A stretch of 64,000 bases of DNA. Origin: Elusimicrobiota bacterium. Its GTDB lineage: Bacteria; Elusimicrobiota; Elusimicrobia; F11. Position numbers and translations under genes: made by a program. Below are positions 48,013 to 58,256 of the stretch, piece after piece. The notes under the pieces are model-generated. The model worked only from the letters and a program-made list of their open reading frames with translations. It was not told the origin of the DNA and ran no database searches. The stretch spans positions 1 to 64,000 of the forward strand of contig JBJXGI010000042.1 of the NCBI GenBank assembly GCA_046153645.1, written 5' to 3'. Position 1 is the stretch's first letter. Every line of letters begins with the position of its first letter.

Positions 48013-48378
48013 TTATTTTGCCGGCCTAGAAGGCCAGCGCACCGTCATTACAAGAGACTCTTCAACAGAACGAAACGAATGAGGCACATCGGGACCGAAG
48101 AGAACAAAATCCCCTTCTTTCTTAAGAGAAACTTCTTGGTCCGGAAAAAGTAAGACGAAGTGACCACGAATCAGGACATTAAGAGTTCTAACGGGATTTC
48201 CAGGGGCCCATTGATCACGGGTTTCCCCTTTTGCATGTGTATACCATTTCATTTCTACCTCTTCACTTCTCAATGGATTGTCCTGACCAGGCATGAAATG
48301 TCCGAGAAACCAGCCACGCGTATTTTTTGAAGCATCGTTAACGTTCCCAAAAATTTGAGTCGGGATATTTGATTTCAT
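48013..48378 (-). CDS. small cupin-like protein
   Basis: RGWFLGHF, EGDFVLFGPDVPHSF, TVRWPS; AAGGAG RBS. Confidence 0.7.
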   Translation of the reverse strand: MKSNIPTQIFGNVNDASKNTRGWFLGHFMPGQDNPLRSEEVEMKWYTHAKGETRDQWAPGNPVRTLNVLIRGHFVLLFPDQEVSLKKEGDFVLFGPDVPHSFRSVEESLVMTVRWPSRPAK

Positions 48379-48517
48379 GAGGTTTCTCCTTATAAGTCGC
48401 CACCCAATATATAAATCACAACCGTGTGTTTTTATTTGTGTTTAATACTAAATAAATTTTTAATTTTTTTAGACAGGTATTCTAGAACTATAAATTAAGG
48501 AAATATCATTCAAACAT

Positions 48518-48550
48518 AAAAAAACCGGTCGTTAACGAAATTAACGCCGG
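48518..48550 (-). terminator. intrinsic terminator downstream of rsmA
   Basis: Minus strand CCGGCGTTAA-TTTCG-TTAACGACCGG followed by T7. Confidence 0.75.
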
Positions 48551-48595
48551 ATTATAGAAGTATAACAGGAGTTCCAAAATTTCTCCAGGGGAAAT

Positions 48596-49375
48596 TTAAC
48601 TATTCTTTAATTTTGTTAAAGCAATAAATTGTTCGGGGGAGAGGTTTTGAGCTCTTAACGTGGGACTAATATTGAGTAGCGCTAGCATTTTTCCAATGGC
48701 TTCTTTATTCATTTGAAGGCCGTGAGAAAGAGAGTTATAAATGGTCTTTCTTCTCTGTTGAAAGGCCGCCTGAACGACTTTTTGACAGGCTGGAATATCA
48801 TCTGTTAAAGGGGTTTTAAGTCTGAAAAGCTTTATTACTGAAGACTTTACCTTTGGCGGGGGGTTAAATGAAGATTCGGATAAATCGAATACCTTTTCAG
48901 ATCTGCAAGAAAGCGCCATACCCACAGAAAGAGCGCCATATTCTTTATCCCCAACCTTAGCGCAGATTCGATCTCCCACTTCTTTTTGAACCATAATGAC
49001 AGCTTCGGTCCAATTCTTCCAATCGCATAATCGTCTCAAAATCGGGGACGTAATATTATAAGGAAGGTTTCCGATAATTTTAAATGAATCAGAATTCAAC
49101 TGATTATCAATAATTTTAAAGTCTAAATCCAAAATATCTTGATTAATAATTTGAACAGAACCTGGCGCATAATTTTTCTTTTCTAAAAGAGCGATCATTT
49201 GAGGATCCACTTCCACAGCAATCACTTTGCATTTCTTGAATAATAAATCAGTTAAAACTCCTTTACCGGGACCAATTTCAAGAACTTGATCTGCTGAGGA
49301 TAAGTTAAGGGCATCCACAATTCTTTGTGCTGCGTGTTGATTGGTGAGAAAATGTTGCCCGTATTTAGCACCCAT
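48596..49375 (-). CDS. rsmA: 16S rRNA adenine dimethyltransferase
   Basis: GQHFL, EIGPGKG, GNLPYNITSP, MVQKEV, F.PPPKV.S. Confidence 0.96.
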   Translation of the reverse strand: MGAKYGQHFLTNQHAAQRIVDALNLSSADQVLEIGPGKGVLTDLLFKKCKVIAVEVDPQMIALLEKKNYAPGSVQIINQDILDLDFKIIDNQLNSDSFKIIGNLPYNITSPILRRLCDWKNWTEAVIMVQKEVGDRICAKVGDKEYGALSVGMALSCRSEKVFDLSESSFNPPPKVKSSVIKLFRLKTPLTDDIPACQKVVQAAFQQRRKTIYNSLSHGLQMNKEAIGKMLALLNISPTLRAQNLSPEQFIALTKLKNS

Positions 49376-49378
49376 TAA

Positions 49379-50635
49379 TTAAGCTTCCAACTGTTGTAAT
49401 AATAGAAGAAGGGCTTGATAACAGCTTTTTTGACGAATTTGAAAACGATCTCCGGTGAGTTGAAATTGTTTAACTTCAACATTTTTGGGGCCTGCATATC
49501 CCACATAAATAAGGCCGACTGGTTTTTCTTTGGTTCCACCTTGGGGACCCGCAATCCCTGTAATAGAAAGCGCATGAGTCGCTTTGGATTTATTTTTAAC
49601 GCCCAAAACCATTTCACGCGCGCATTCGTCTGACACGGCGCCAAACTTTTTTAAAGTTGAAGGGTTAACGCCCAAATGGCGAACTTTAGAGGCATTTTGG
49701 TATGTCACCAAACCTTCCAGAAAAATTTTTGATGAGCCCGGAATATCCGTCAGTAATTTTGATAATAAGCCACCTGTACAAGATTCGGCGACAGCTAAGG
49801 TTTTTCTAGCTTTAAGTAATTTATTAAAAATTATTTTTTCAAGGGGCTCAGTTTCATTCGTAAAAATAAAAGAACCAATTCTTTTCTTTATTTCATGAGA
49901 AACAACCTTAATAACTTGATTTACCTGTGATGAAGAACTTCCTTCCACTAAAAACTTTACAGATACAATTCCTTGAGAGGCCAAAATACCATGAGTAATG
50001 ACACATCCATTTAAAGTTAAATATTGATCCACCACGGGGCGAACCAATTGATCAATTTTTGATTCAGGCACTCCCATCACCTGAAACACTTGTTGCTTAA
50101 TCACTTTATGAGGGTTCAACTTTTTTAAAACAGGAAGCACGAAGTGCTTAAAAATGGGGACTAATTCTCTGGTTGGTCCTGGTAATAAAATAACAGTTTT
50201 ATTTTTTATTTGAATAAGTTGCCCGGGTGCTGTGCCGAATGAATTTGGCAATACTTTTCCAGTTTTTAATACATAAGCCTGACGTTTATTTTGCGGAGGC
50301 ATGGGAATGCCCCTTTTGGAAAACTTCTTTTCGATGTCTTCAACCAAACTCGGATTCAACAGAAGCGGACGCTTTAATATCTTTGACCACACATCGCGGG
50401 TAATGTCATCAAAAGTAGGCCCCAAACCACCCGCACAAAGAATAACATCTGCCTGAGCAAACGAATAACGAAATGCTTGCTCCATAAGTTTGGGCTCATC
50501 GCTGACTGTTTGTTCAAGATCAATGGTGTAACCCAAAGATAAAAGCTCTGGTCCCATATAAGAGACATGTGTGTTCACTTTTCCGAGCAACAACTCCGTC
50601 CCTACACAAATGATATGAACTCGTTTTTTAGACAT
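49379..50635 (-). CDS. cinA: competence/damage-inducible protein CinA (NMN deamidase)
   Basis: VGTELLLG, GGLGPTFDD.TR, AESCTGG, ITGIAGP.GG. Confidence 0.93.
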   Translation of the reverse strand: MSKKRVHIICVGTELLLGKVNTHVSYMGPELLSLGYTIDLEQTVSDEPKLMEQAFRYSFAQADVILCAGGLGPTFDDITRDVWSKILKRPLLLNPSLVEDIEKKFSKRGIPMPPQNKRQAYVLKTGKVLPNSFGTAPGQLIQIKNKTVILLPGPTRELVPIFKHFVLPVLKKLNPHKVIKQQVFQVMGVPESKIDQLVRPVVDQYLTLNGCVITHGILASQGIVSVKFLVEGSSSSQVNQVIKVVSHEIKKRIGSFIFTNETEPLEKIIFNKLLKARKTLAVAESCTGGLLSKLLTDIPGSSKIFLEGLVTYQNASKVRHLGVNPSTLKKFGAVSDECAREMVLGVKNKSKATHALSITGIAGPQGGTKEKPVGLIYVGYAGPKNVEVKQFQLTGDRFQIRQKSCYQALLLLLQQLEA

Positions 50636-50641
50636 TAAATA

Positions 50642-50935
50642 TTAATTGTACATTCCTGGTTCAGAAGGAGGGTTACTATCCAAAGGAATGGGACCAAATT
50701 TGGCTTCATATTTTTGGATATTATCAGCCAATGCTGCCAAAAAACGTTTGGCGTGCTTAGGACTTGAAATAATTCGTGAGCGCACTTTGGCTTTTGGTTG
50801 TTGAGGAGAAAGAAACATAAAATCCATTAGAAATTCTTGTTCGGAATGGGTAATGAACGCTAAGTTGCAATACATACCTTGTGCAGTCACATCGTCAATT
50901 TCAATTGCGAGTTGCTTCTTTTCTGGTTCTGCCAT
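50642..50935 (-). CDS. DUF3467 family protein
   Basis: G.YCNLA.ITHSEQEFLMDF, RIISSPKHAKR...AL.DNI.KYE..FG. Confidence 0.85.
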   Translation of the reverse strand: MAEPEKKQLAIEIDDVTAQGMYCNLAFITHSEQEFLMDFMFLSPQQPKAKVRSRIISSPKHAKRFLAALADNIQKYEAKFGPIPLDSNPPSEPGMYN

Positions 50936-50953
50936 AAGAGACTCCTTTCGTTT

Positions 50954-51679
50954 TTAAGTAAGGTGGGATTCTTGTATCCCAAGATAACATTGTTTAACAC
51001 GATCATTTGATAAAAGTTGGGTGGTGATATCTTGAAGAACAATACAACCAGTTTCCATAACATAGCCGCGCTCTGCCACAGATAATGCAGCTTTCGCATT
51101 TTGTTCAACAAGCAAAATCGTAACCCCTTCTTGATGAAGTCCTTTAATAATTTGAAATACCTTATTAACAATAACGGGCGCCAAACCCATCGAAGGTTCA
51201 TCTAGACAAAGTAATTTGGGTCGACTCATGAGAGCTCGACCCATAGCCAGCATCTGTTGTTCTCCACCAGAAAGTGTTCCACCTAATTGTTTGCTGCGTT
51301 CTTTCAAAACAGGGAAAGACTCTAAAATATTTTCTAAATCTTGTTTAATTTTTTGATGGTCTTTTCTAAAAAATGAACCCATAGATAAATTTTCTTGAAC
51401 GGTTAATAAAGGAAATATTTTTCGCCCTTCCGGAATTTGAACAACACCTTTACGAGTAATTTCATAAGCAGGTAACCCATTAATTTTCTGATGATTAAAG
51501 AAAATTTCACCTGAAGACGGCTTTAAAAGACCTGATAATGTTTTTAAAAAAGTACTTTTTCCAGAACCATTAGCACCAATGAGCGCAACTGCTTCGCCTT
51601 CACCTACTTCTAAATTAATTCCGTGCAAAGCTTTAATATTTCCATAACCCACATGCAAATTTTTGACTTCTAAAATCAT
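50954..51679 (-). CDS. livF: branched-chain amino acid ABC transporter ATPase
   Basis: GANGSGKST, PEGRKIF, LSGGEQQMLA, DEPSMGLAP. Confidence 0.93.
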   Translation of the reverse strand: MILEVKNLHVGYGNIKALHGINLEVGEGEAVALIGANGSGKSTFLKTLSGLLKPSSGEIFFNHQKINGLPAYEITRKGVVQIPEGRKIFPLLTVQENLSMGSFFRKDHQKIKQDLENILESFPVLKERSKQLGGTLSGGEQQMLAMGRALMSRPKLLCLDEPSMGLAPVIVNKVFQIIKGLHQEGVTILLVEQNAKAALSVAERGYVMETGCIVLQDITTQLLSNDRVKQCYLGIQESHLT

Positions 51680-52444
51680 TTATATATGCTCCGTCCCTAA
51701 GTACGCCTCAATAACTTTAGAGTTACATTGAATATCATCAGGAGTGCCTTCGGCAATTTTAATGCCATGATCCAGCACATGAACCGTTTTTGAAATTTTC
51801 ATCACTAAACTCATGCGGTGTTCAATCATTAAAATAGTAATGCTTTCTTGTGAAATTTTATGAATGAGTTTGGTAAGTTCAATAGATTCTTGGTGATTCA
51901 TGCCAGCCGTTGGTTCATCTAATAATAAAAGACGTGGTTCCGTGGCCAGCGCGCGAGCAATTTCTAGCAATCTTTGTTCACCATAGGCTAAATTACCAGC
52001 CAATTCATGTGCATGTTTTTCGAGCCCTACAAACTCGAGTCGTTCTTTCGCAGATTTAGCAATTTCTTTTTCTTCTCGATAAAAAGCAGATGTCCGAAAT
52101 AAAGCACTAAAAAGTTCTGAGCGAGTACGGCAATGACGACCGACCATAACATTTTCAAGCACCGTCATATTTTTAAAAAGTCGAATATTTTGAAATGTTC
52201 GAGCTATCCCACGGCGAATGATCCACTGCGGCGTTTCATGATCAATCCGCTCACCAGAAAATTCTATTTCACCTTCATCGGGAGTGTAAACACCTGTCAA
52301 TAAATTAAAAAAGGTTGTTTTCCCCGCCCCATTAGGGCCAATCAGACTTACAATTTCCCCAGTTGAAATTTGGAAATCAACGTCTTGAACTGCTTTAAGC
52401 CCACCAAATGACTTAGATAGTTTTTTCGTGTTCAACAGATTCAT
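51680..52444 (-). CDS. livG: branched-chain amino acid ABC transporter ATPase
   Basis: FGGLKAV, GPNGAGKTT, RTFQNIRLF, VIEAYLG. Confidence 0.93.
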   Translation of the reverse strand: MNLLNTKKLSKSFGGLKAVQDVDFQISTGEIVSLIGPNGAGKTTFFNLLTGVYTPDEGEIEFSGERIDHETPQWIIRRGIARTFQNIRLFKNMTVLENVMVGRHCRTRSELFSALFRTSAFYREEKEIAKSAKERLEFVGLEKHAHELAGNLAYGEQRLLEIARALATEPRLLLLDEPTAGMNHQESIELTKLIHKISQESITILMIEHRMSLVMKISKTVHVLDHGIKIAEGTPDDIQCNSKVIEAYLGTEHI

Positions 52445-53454
52445 TTCTGTTCCAAATGAATACTCGAATCTTTTGGAATTCCTCTAAATCGTCTTCGACT
52501 GGGCCACAAACCTTCAGGCCTTTTAATGGCTATAACCACAAGTGCGATTCCAAATAAGAAATAACGCCAGCTAACAAGCTCAGCTCCTAAAATATTACGC
52601 AAAATTTCCGGTACCAAAATAACAATAGCCACACCCAACAACGTCCCAATCACTGACCCCATCCCACCAATGACCACCATCGCCACCAACATCACAGATT
52701 CCCAAAACGTAAATGATTCTGGAGTCACAAAATTTTCCCACCGCATAAAAATACATCCTGCAATACCCGCAAACCCCGCACTGATAACAAACCCAATCAT
52801 TTTCATTCGTGTGAGTTCTATTCCTGTTAAACGAGCGGCCACTTCGTCCTCCCGAATGGCCATCCAAGCCCGACCCATCCGTGAATTTTTCAATCTCACA
52901 CTAATTAAAATACATAACATCACAAACCCAAAAATAAGAAAATAAAAATCTCGATTTGAACTAATGGTCCAAAAGAAAAAGGGAATTGGTTTGACGTTTG
53001 AATTGGTTAATAAAGAAATTCCTTTCGGACCATTGGTTAAACCATCCCAATTATTTAAAACAATCCGAGTAATTTCTCCAAATCCTAAGGTAACGATGGC
53101 CAAGTAGTCGCCTCGCAAACGTAAAACAGGTGCGCCGATTAAAAACCGAATGAGCATTGTAATCAAAGTTGAGGTAACGAGCGCCATCCAAAAATTCCAG
53201 CCATACCCTGATAAAAGCGCCATGGAATAAGCCCCGATCGCATAAAAGGCCATAAAACCCAAATCGAGCAAACCTAAAAAACCAACCACCAAATTAAGAC
53301 CCAATGCCATCATCATGTATAAACCCATAATTCCGAATATTCGAATGACATAGGAATAAGAAGTGGATTCAACAAAAAACGGGAAAGTACCAAACAAAAC
53401 CAAGAGGGAAAAAATAGTAATAAATTTTCTGGGTATTTTTAAAAACCAACTCAT
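52441..53454 (-). CDS. livM: branched-chain amino acid ABC transporter permease
   Basis: GLLDLG..AFY.IGAY, LRLRGDYLAIVTLGFGEI, AIREDE. Confidence 0.93.
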   Translation of the reverse strand: MSWFLKIPRKFITIFSLLVLFGTFPFFVESTSYSYVIRIFGIMGLYMMMALGLNLVVGFLGLLDLGFMAFYAIGAYSMALLSGYGWNFWMALVTSTLITMLIRFLIGAPVLRLRGDYLAIVTLGFGEITRIVLNNWDGLTNGPKGISLLTNSNVKPIPFFFWTISSNRDFYFLIFGFVMLCILISVRLKNSRMGRAWMAIREDEVAARLTGIELTRMKMIGFVISAGFAGIAGCIFMRWENFVTPESFTFWESVMLVAMVVIGGMGSVIGTLLGVAIVILVPEILRNILGAELVSWRYFLFGIALVVIAIKRPEGLWPSRRRFRGIPKDSSIHLEQK

Positions 53455-54347
53455 ACTTTATCAGCAGATTTTTCGCCAAGAATTCCTGATGGGCGAAAAA
53501 TGAGAACTAAAATTAAAATGCCAAAAGAAAAAACATCTTTCCATTCAGATTCTGGCAAAAATGCGGCCCCCAATGATTCTGCCACTCCTAAAATAAGCCC
53601 ACCCAACATGGCACCTGGAACATTGCCGATTCCACCTAAAACAGCAGCGGTGAAAGCTTTCATGCCCGGCATAAAACCCATGTTGTATTTTATTGATCCG
53701 TAGTAAAGACTGTATAAAACTCCAGCAGCACCTCCCAATAAAGCCCCGATAAAAAATGTGATAGAAATCATTCGATTAACTGGGATTCCCATAAGTTCCG
53801 CTGCTGCTTTATCTTGAGAGCAGGCACGAATAGCTTGGCCATATTTTGATTTGTTGATAAATAACCAAAGACCTGTCATGAATATCAAACTGCTCAATAA
53901 AATAATCAATTGAATTTCGGAAATAGAAATATAGCCCAATGAAAAACGTGTCTTTGAAGATATAGAAGGAAAGGGAAGAAAATCATCTCTCCACAAAAAA
54001 ACCGCGTTTTGAAGAACAATAGAAACACCAATTGCAGAAATAAGCGGCGCCAAACGAGGAGCCTGTCTCAAAGGCGCGTAGGCCAATCTTTCAACCCCCA
54101 CAGATAAAACACCACTTATTATCATTGCAGAAAGAAAAGCTAAAAAGATAGAAACAGAGAAAGGTAAAAAAGGAGTGAGAGTAAAAATGAGCCATCCAGA
54201 AAAGGAACCCACCATAAAAATTTCGGAATGCGCAAAATTAACCATTCGCAAAATCCCATAAACCATGGTGTAACCTAAAGCAATCAACGCATAAATTGAT
54301 CCAAGGGTAAGGCCATTAAATAATTGTTCAAAAAAACTTTGAATGAT
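53451..54347 (-). CDS. livH: branched-chain amino acid ABC transporter permease (probable non-AUG start)
   Basis: EQLFNGLTLGSIYALIALGYTMVYG, NFAH, AAVLGGIG; the conserved N-terminus extends upstream of the TTG at 54287. Confidence 0.9.
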   Translation of the reverse strand: MIQSFFEQLFNGLTLGSIYALIALGYTMVYGILRMVNFAHSEIFMVGSFSGWLIFTLTPFLPFSVSIFLAFLSAMIISGVLSVGVERLAYAPLRQAPRLAPLISAIGVSIVLQNAVFLWRDDFLPFPSISSKTRFSLGYISISEIQLIILLSSLIFMTGLWLFINKSKYGQAIRACSQDKAAAELMGIPVNRMISITFFIGALLGGAAGVLYSLYYGSIKYNMGFMPGMKAFTAAVLGGIGNVPGAMLGGLILGVAESLGAAFLPESEWKDVFSFGILILVLIFRPSGILGEKSADKV

Positions 54348-54349
54348 GC

Positions 54350-55507
54350 TTATTTCTCCTGTGCCCGCTCAATATGGTTAAAAGCACCATTTTTGACCTG
54401 AAAGAGTGTAATCGTTTTGTTTAGTGTATCTCCTTTTTCATCAAAAGAAGTTTCCCCAAGAACACCGTTGAATTTTATGGTTTTCAAATATTCAATTATT
54501 TTGACTCTATCCATTCCGGCATTTTTAATCGCTTCAATAAAAATCGATGCCACTTCATATCCATAATGATCATAAGATTTCATTTCTTCTCCAGGATATT
54601 TTGATTTATAACGTGCTACAAAATCCCTAGCTGAATCTAAAATTTCTGGCGGACTGCCCAAAAATGTCACATAAGCTCCTTCCGCTGCAGGACCTGCTAC
54701 TTTTAAGAATGCTGGATCATAATTGGCTTCGCACGTCACAAAGGCCCCTTTAAAACCGACGTCTCTGGCTTGGCGCACCAAAGCGCCACCCTCTGAAAAC
54801 ATGCCGCCAAAATAAATGGCCTGAGGACCCGTTGCCTTAACGCGAGTTAACAAGGACCTAAAATCTCTATCTCCAATTTGTAATCCTTCAAAATCAGTTA
54901 CTGTCCCATTTAATTCTTCGAAACGTTTTTTGAATTCTTCAGCGACACCTTGACCATAGGCTGTTTTGTCATGAATAATACCCACTTTTGATAATTTCAA
55001 ATCATTTATTACAAACTCAGCGCCCACACTGCCTTGAATATTATCGGTGGTATTAACTCGAAACACGCTTTTTGGAAATGTCCACTGAGGTGAGAGTTGC
55101 TGGAGCGTTAAATCAGGATTTGAAGAAGCCGGAGATATCATCACAAGTCCTGCTTGCGCATAGATTCTGGAGGCTGGAATAGAACAACCAGAATTAAAAT
55201 GACCAATAACACCTAACACATTTCTATCCGCGACAATTCGATTGGCTATATTAACTGCTTCTTTTGGGTCAGAACGATCATCAAAAACCACCAATTCAAT
55301 TGGTTCTGACAAATCTTTGGCTGAATTCGATTCCTCAATTCTCATTTCAATGGCTCGTTTAATTCCTTGCCCTAAAGAAGCGATATCTCCTGTTAAAGGA
55401 AGGGCAATAGCAATTTTTGTTTTTTTGAGTTCTTGTTTACATCCGGTGATTGCAATAAAAGTGAGAGTAAAGAGAATTAATATTTTTTTTGCTGAAATGA
55501 TCTTCAT
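54350..55507 (-). CDS. livK: branched-chain amino acid ABC transporter substrate-binding lipoprotein
   Basis: Lipobox ITGC, PLTG, DD..DP, GHFNSG, DKTAYGQG. Confidence 0.88.
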   Translation of the reverse strand: MKIISAKKILILFTLTFIAITGCKQELKKTKIAIALPLTGDIASLGQGIKRAIEMRIEESNSAKDLSEPIELVVFDDRSDPKEAVNIANRIVADRNVLGVIGHFNSGCSIPASRIYAQAGLVMISPASSNPDLTLQQLSPQWTFPKSVFRVNTTDNIQGSVGAEFVINDLKLSKVGIIHDKTAYGQGVAEEFKKRFEELNGTVTDFEGLQIGDRDFRSLLTRVKATGPQAIYFGGMFSEGGALVRQARDVGFKGAFVTCEANYDPAFLKVAGPAAEGAYVTFLGSPPEILDSARDFVARYKSKYPGEEMKSYDHYGYEVASIFIEAIKNAGMDRVKIIEYLKTIKFNGVLGETSFDEKGDTLNKTITLFQVKNGAFNHIERAQEK

Positions 55508-55881
55508 CCGGCCAACTCCTTTTCTTCAGGTTTTTTCCAAATAGATGTTGCGTGACCCAAAATTTTTAACTGAGCCAAGCTGATATAAATAAATAAGACA
55601 TACATGATAATAGATCGGTAAAAGGGTGTGCTATCAAAACCAGGCTGCAGTCTCCATCGGATAGTAAAAGCGCTCAAAACAACCAAAAATCCAAAAAAGC
55701 CGCCCGAAAAAATAGACCAAGAAACAAATCGGGAAAACCAGACCGAATTAACAATAATAAGAATCAAAATACACAGAGGAAAAACCCATGAAAAAAAATG
55801 ATTTTGTAAATTTTTTTGATAGTTATACATGAACAAAACCGTTGAAGCTAATTGTGAAACGATAAGAATTATTCTGCCCAT
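55504..55881 (-). CDS. hypothetical membrane protein
   Basis: Four hydrophobic segments; fills the gap between thrC and livK with an ATGA overlap. Confidence 0.7.
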   Translation of the reverse strand: MGRIILIVSQLASTVLFMYNYQKNLQNHFFSWVFPLCILILIIVNSVWFSRFVSWSIFSGGFFGFLVVLSAFTIRWRLQPGFDSTPFYRSIIMYVLFIYISLAQLKILGHATSIWKKPEEKELAG

Positions 55882-55890
55882 GCCTATCCT

Positions 55891-56955
55891 TTAAAACTTA
55901 AGATGCTCTGCGATTGATTTCATATTGGCCTTGACCGATGTCGGGTGTTGAGTGACTGCCAATGCTCGGTCAGGATCTTTTAAGCCATGACCCGTAATAA
56001 TGGCCACGACAGTTGTATTCTCACTGAGATTTACTTTTCCAAGCTTAATATATTTTTTTAAACCCGCAATTCCCGCAGCGCTGGCCGGCTCACAAAAAAT
56101 CCCTTCCAGAGACGACATCATTTTATAGGCTTCTAAAATTTCATCATCAGAAACAAAATCAATTGCACCACCAGACTCATCACGTGCCTGCTCTGCTCTT
56201 TTCCACGATGCGGGATTTCCAATTTTAATAGCGGTCGCAATTGTGTGAGGATCTCTAATTGGAGATCCATGAACAATTGGAGCCGCTCCTTCTGCTTGAA
56301 AACCCATCATTTTTGGTTTTGATGAAGATTTTTTGAGATCAAAAAATTCAACGTACCCTTTCCAATAGGCGGTGATGTTTCCTGCATTGCCGACTGGCAT
56401 AAATTGATATTCAGGGGCACTCCCCAATTCTTCAATAATTTCAAATGCTCCTGTTTTTTGACCTTCGATCCTATATTCGTTTAAAGAGTTAACCATTGTG
56501 ATCGGATATTTTTCGGAAATTTCTTTTACAAGTTCCAGCGCTTCATCAAAGTTACCATCAATAGCCAATACTTGGGCTCCGTACATAAGTGCTTGAGAAA
56601 GCTTCCCCAATGCAATATTTCCATCCGGTATCAATACAACACATTTAAGTCCTGCGCGAGCCGCATAAGCAGCCGCAGCGGCAGAGGTATTGCCGGTTGA
56701 GGCAGATATGATTGATTTTGATCCCGCCTCTACAGCCTTAGAAACCGCCATGGTCATTCCCCGATCTTTAAAAGATCCAGTTGGATTCATTCCCTCAAGT
56801 TTAAGATAGAGTTTTATTTGAGGTACGCCTAAGGCAGCTGCAAGGCGATGCACTCTTACTAACGGCGTACTTCCTTCATGCAAAAAAATAGGACATGTTT
56901 TTTCGGTAACAGGGAGAAAAGCTCTATAACGGTCAATGACACCTTTAAACGGCAT
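55891..56955 (-). CDS. thrC: threonine synthase
   Basis: NPTGSFKDRGM, ASTGNTSA, PVGNAGN, TGHGLKDP. Confidence 0.96.
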   Translation of the reverse strand: MPFKGVIDRYRAFLPVTEKTCPIFLHEGSTPLVRVHRLAAALGVPQIKLYLKLEGMNPTGSFKDRGMTMAVSKAVEAGSKSIISASTGNTSAAAAAYAARAGLKCVVLIPDGNIALGKLSQALMYGAQVLAIDGNFDEALELVKEISEKYPITMVNSLNEYRIEGQKTGAFEIIEELGSAPEYQFMPVGNAGNITAYWKGYVEFFDLKKSSSKPKMMGFQAEGAAPIVHGSPIRDPHTIATAIKIGNPASWKRAEQARDESGGAIDFVSDDEILEAYKMMSSLEGIFCEPASAAGIAGLKKYIKLGKVNLSENTTVVAIITGHGLKDPDRALAVTQHPTSVKANMKSIAEHLKF

Positions 56956-58256
56956 TAAATTGTCCTCAAAATAACGGTATCAGATTTGGTTGTGTTTAAA
57001 TCGTTAATGGCTTTAACAGCTTCTTGAACATTTTTTTCTCTGCTTTGGTGTGTTAATAAAACAATGGGAATGGGTTTTTTTAAATTTTGTCCTTCATTGG
57101 TATCTTGATATACAGAGGCAATCGATACTTCATTTTTTCCAAGGATACTGGTGATTTTAGCCAGCACACCTGGACGATCTGCCGTCATAATCCTCAAATA
57201 GAATTTAGACTCAATTTCATTCATTTGGCCTAACTTTACTTGATAATCTTTAAATTGGCTCACATAAGGCAACCAACCTGCCGTGCCATTAACAATTTGG
57301 CGACAAAGAAAAATAATATCTGAGACAACCGCGCTTGAAGTAGGAAACCGACCTGCGCCTTTTCCAGAAAGCATAACATCACCAACGGCATTGCCATAGA
57401 GCGCCACCGCATTATATTCATTGCGAACATTGGCGAAGGGATGCGTTTTTGGAACAACCGTGGGATGAACTCGCAGGACCCAACCATGAGGCGTATTTTC
57501 AGCAATAGCCAACAGTTTAATGGTGCTATTGAGTCTTGTTTGAATCAAATGAATATCAATAAGCTCAAGATGCGTAATCCCTTCGCAGTGTACTTTTGCA
57601 GGTGGAATCCAATCGCCTGCTGCCAACGAGCCTAAAATGGAAATTTTTTGTGCCGCATCAATTCCTTCCACATCAAACGAAGGATCGGCTTCGGCAAAAC
57701 CCGCTTTTTGAGCCTCCACCAAAGCTTTCTTAAAACTCAGTCCCAATTCTTGCATCTTAGTTAAAATAAAATTAGTTGTTCCATTTAAGATACCAATGAT
57801 TTTATCCACTTCATTTGCTGCCAAGCCTTCATTAAGTGCCTGAACAACAGGAATCCCTCCGCCTACTGCTGCTTCGAAATAAACCAACTTACGATATTCA
57901 CGAGCAAGCCCAAAAATTTCATTCCAATACTTCGACAAAATCGCTTTGTTTGCGGTGACAACATGTTTTCCATTTTTCAAACTCTCAACAACTAAAGATT
58001 TTGCCGGTTCAATTCCACCAAACAATTCAATCACACAATCCACCTCTGGATCATTAACGATGTCTCGCCAGTTATTGGTTTGTTCAATATGTTTTGGAAT
58101 TAAAGGAGATCTTTTTCTCGAACGACTGCACACCCATTTAACAGAAATAGGGGCCCCCACTCTTTGTTCAATATCGTCCTTATGATCATTCAAAAGCTGC
58201 ATGGTACCTACGCCAACCGTACCAAAACCTGCGATAGCGATTTTTACTTCTTTCAT
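56955..58256 (-). CDS. hom: homoserine dehydrogenase with ACT domain
   Basis: GFGTVG, VVTANK, EAAVGGGIP, GILNGTTN, AEADP..DVEG.D, DRPGVLA. Confidence 0.96.
   Translation of the reverse strand: MKEVKIAIAGFGTVGVGTMQLLNDHKDDIEQRVGAPISVKWVCSRSRKRSPLIPKHIEQTNNWRDIVNDPEVDCVIELFGGIEPAKSLVVESLKNGKHVVTANKAILSKYWNEIFGLAREYRKLVYFEAAVGGGIPVVQALNEGLAANEVDKIIGILNGTTNFILTKMQELGLSFKKALVEAQKAGFAEADPSFDVEGIDAAQKISILGSLAAGDWIPPAKVHCEGITHLELIDIHLIQTRLNSTIKLLAIAENTPHGWVLRVHPTVVPKTHPFANVRNEYNAVALYGNAVGDVMLSGKGAGRFPTSSAVVSDIIFLCRQIVNGTAGWLPYVSQFKDYQVKLGQMNEIESKFYLRIMTADRPGVLAKITSILGKNEVSIASVYQDTNEGQNLKKPIPIVLLTHQSREKNVQEAVKAINDLNTTKSDTVILRTI

Noticed and set aside
57802..57810. DnaA-box-like TTATCCACT
   Set aside because: Single mismatched copy inside hom, with no cluster
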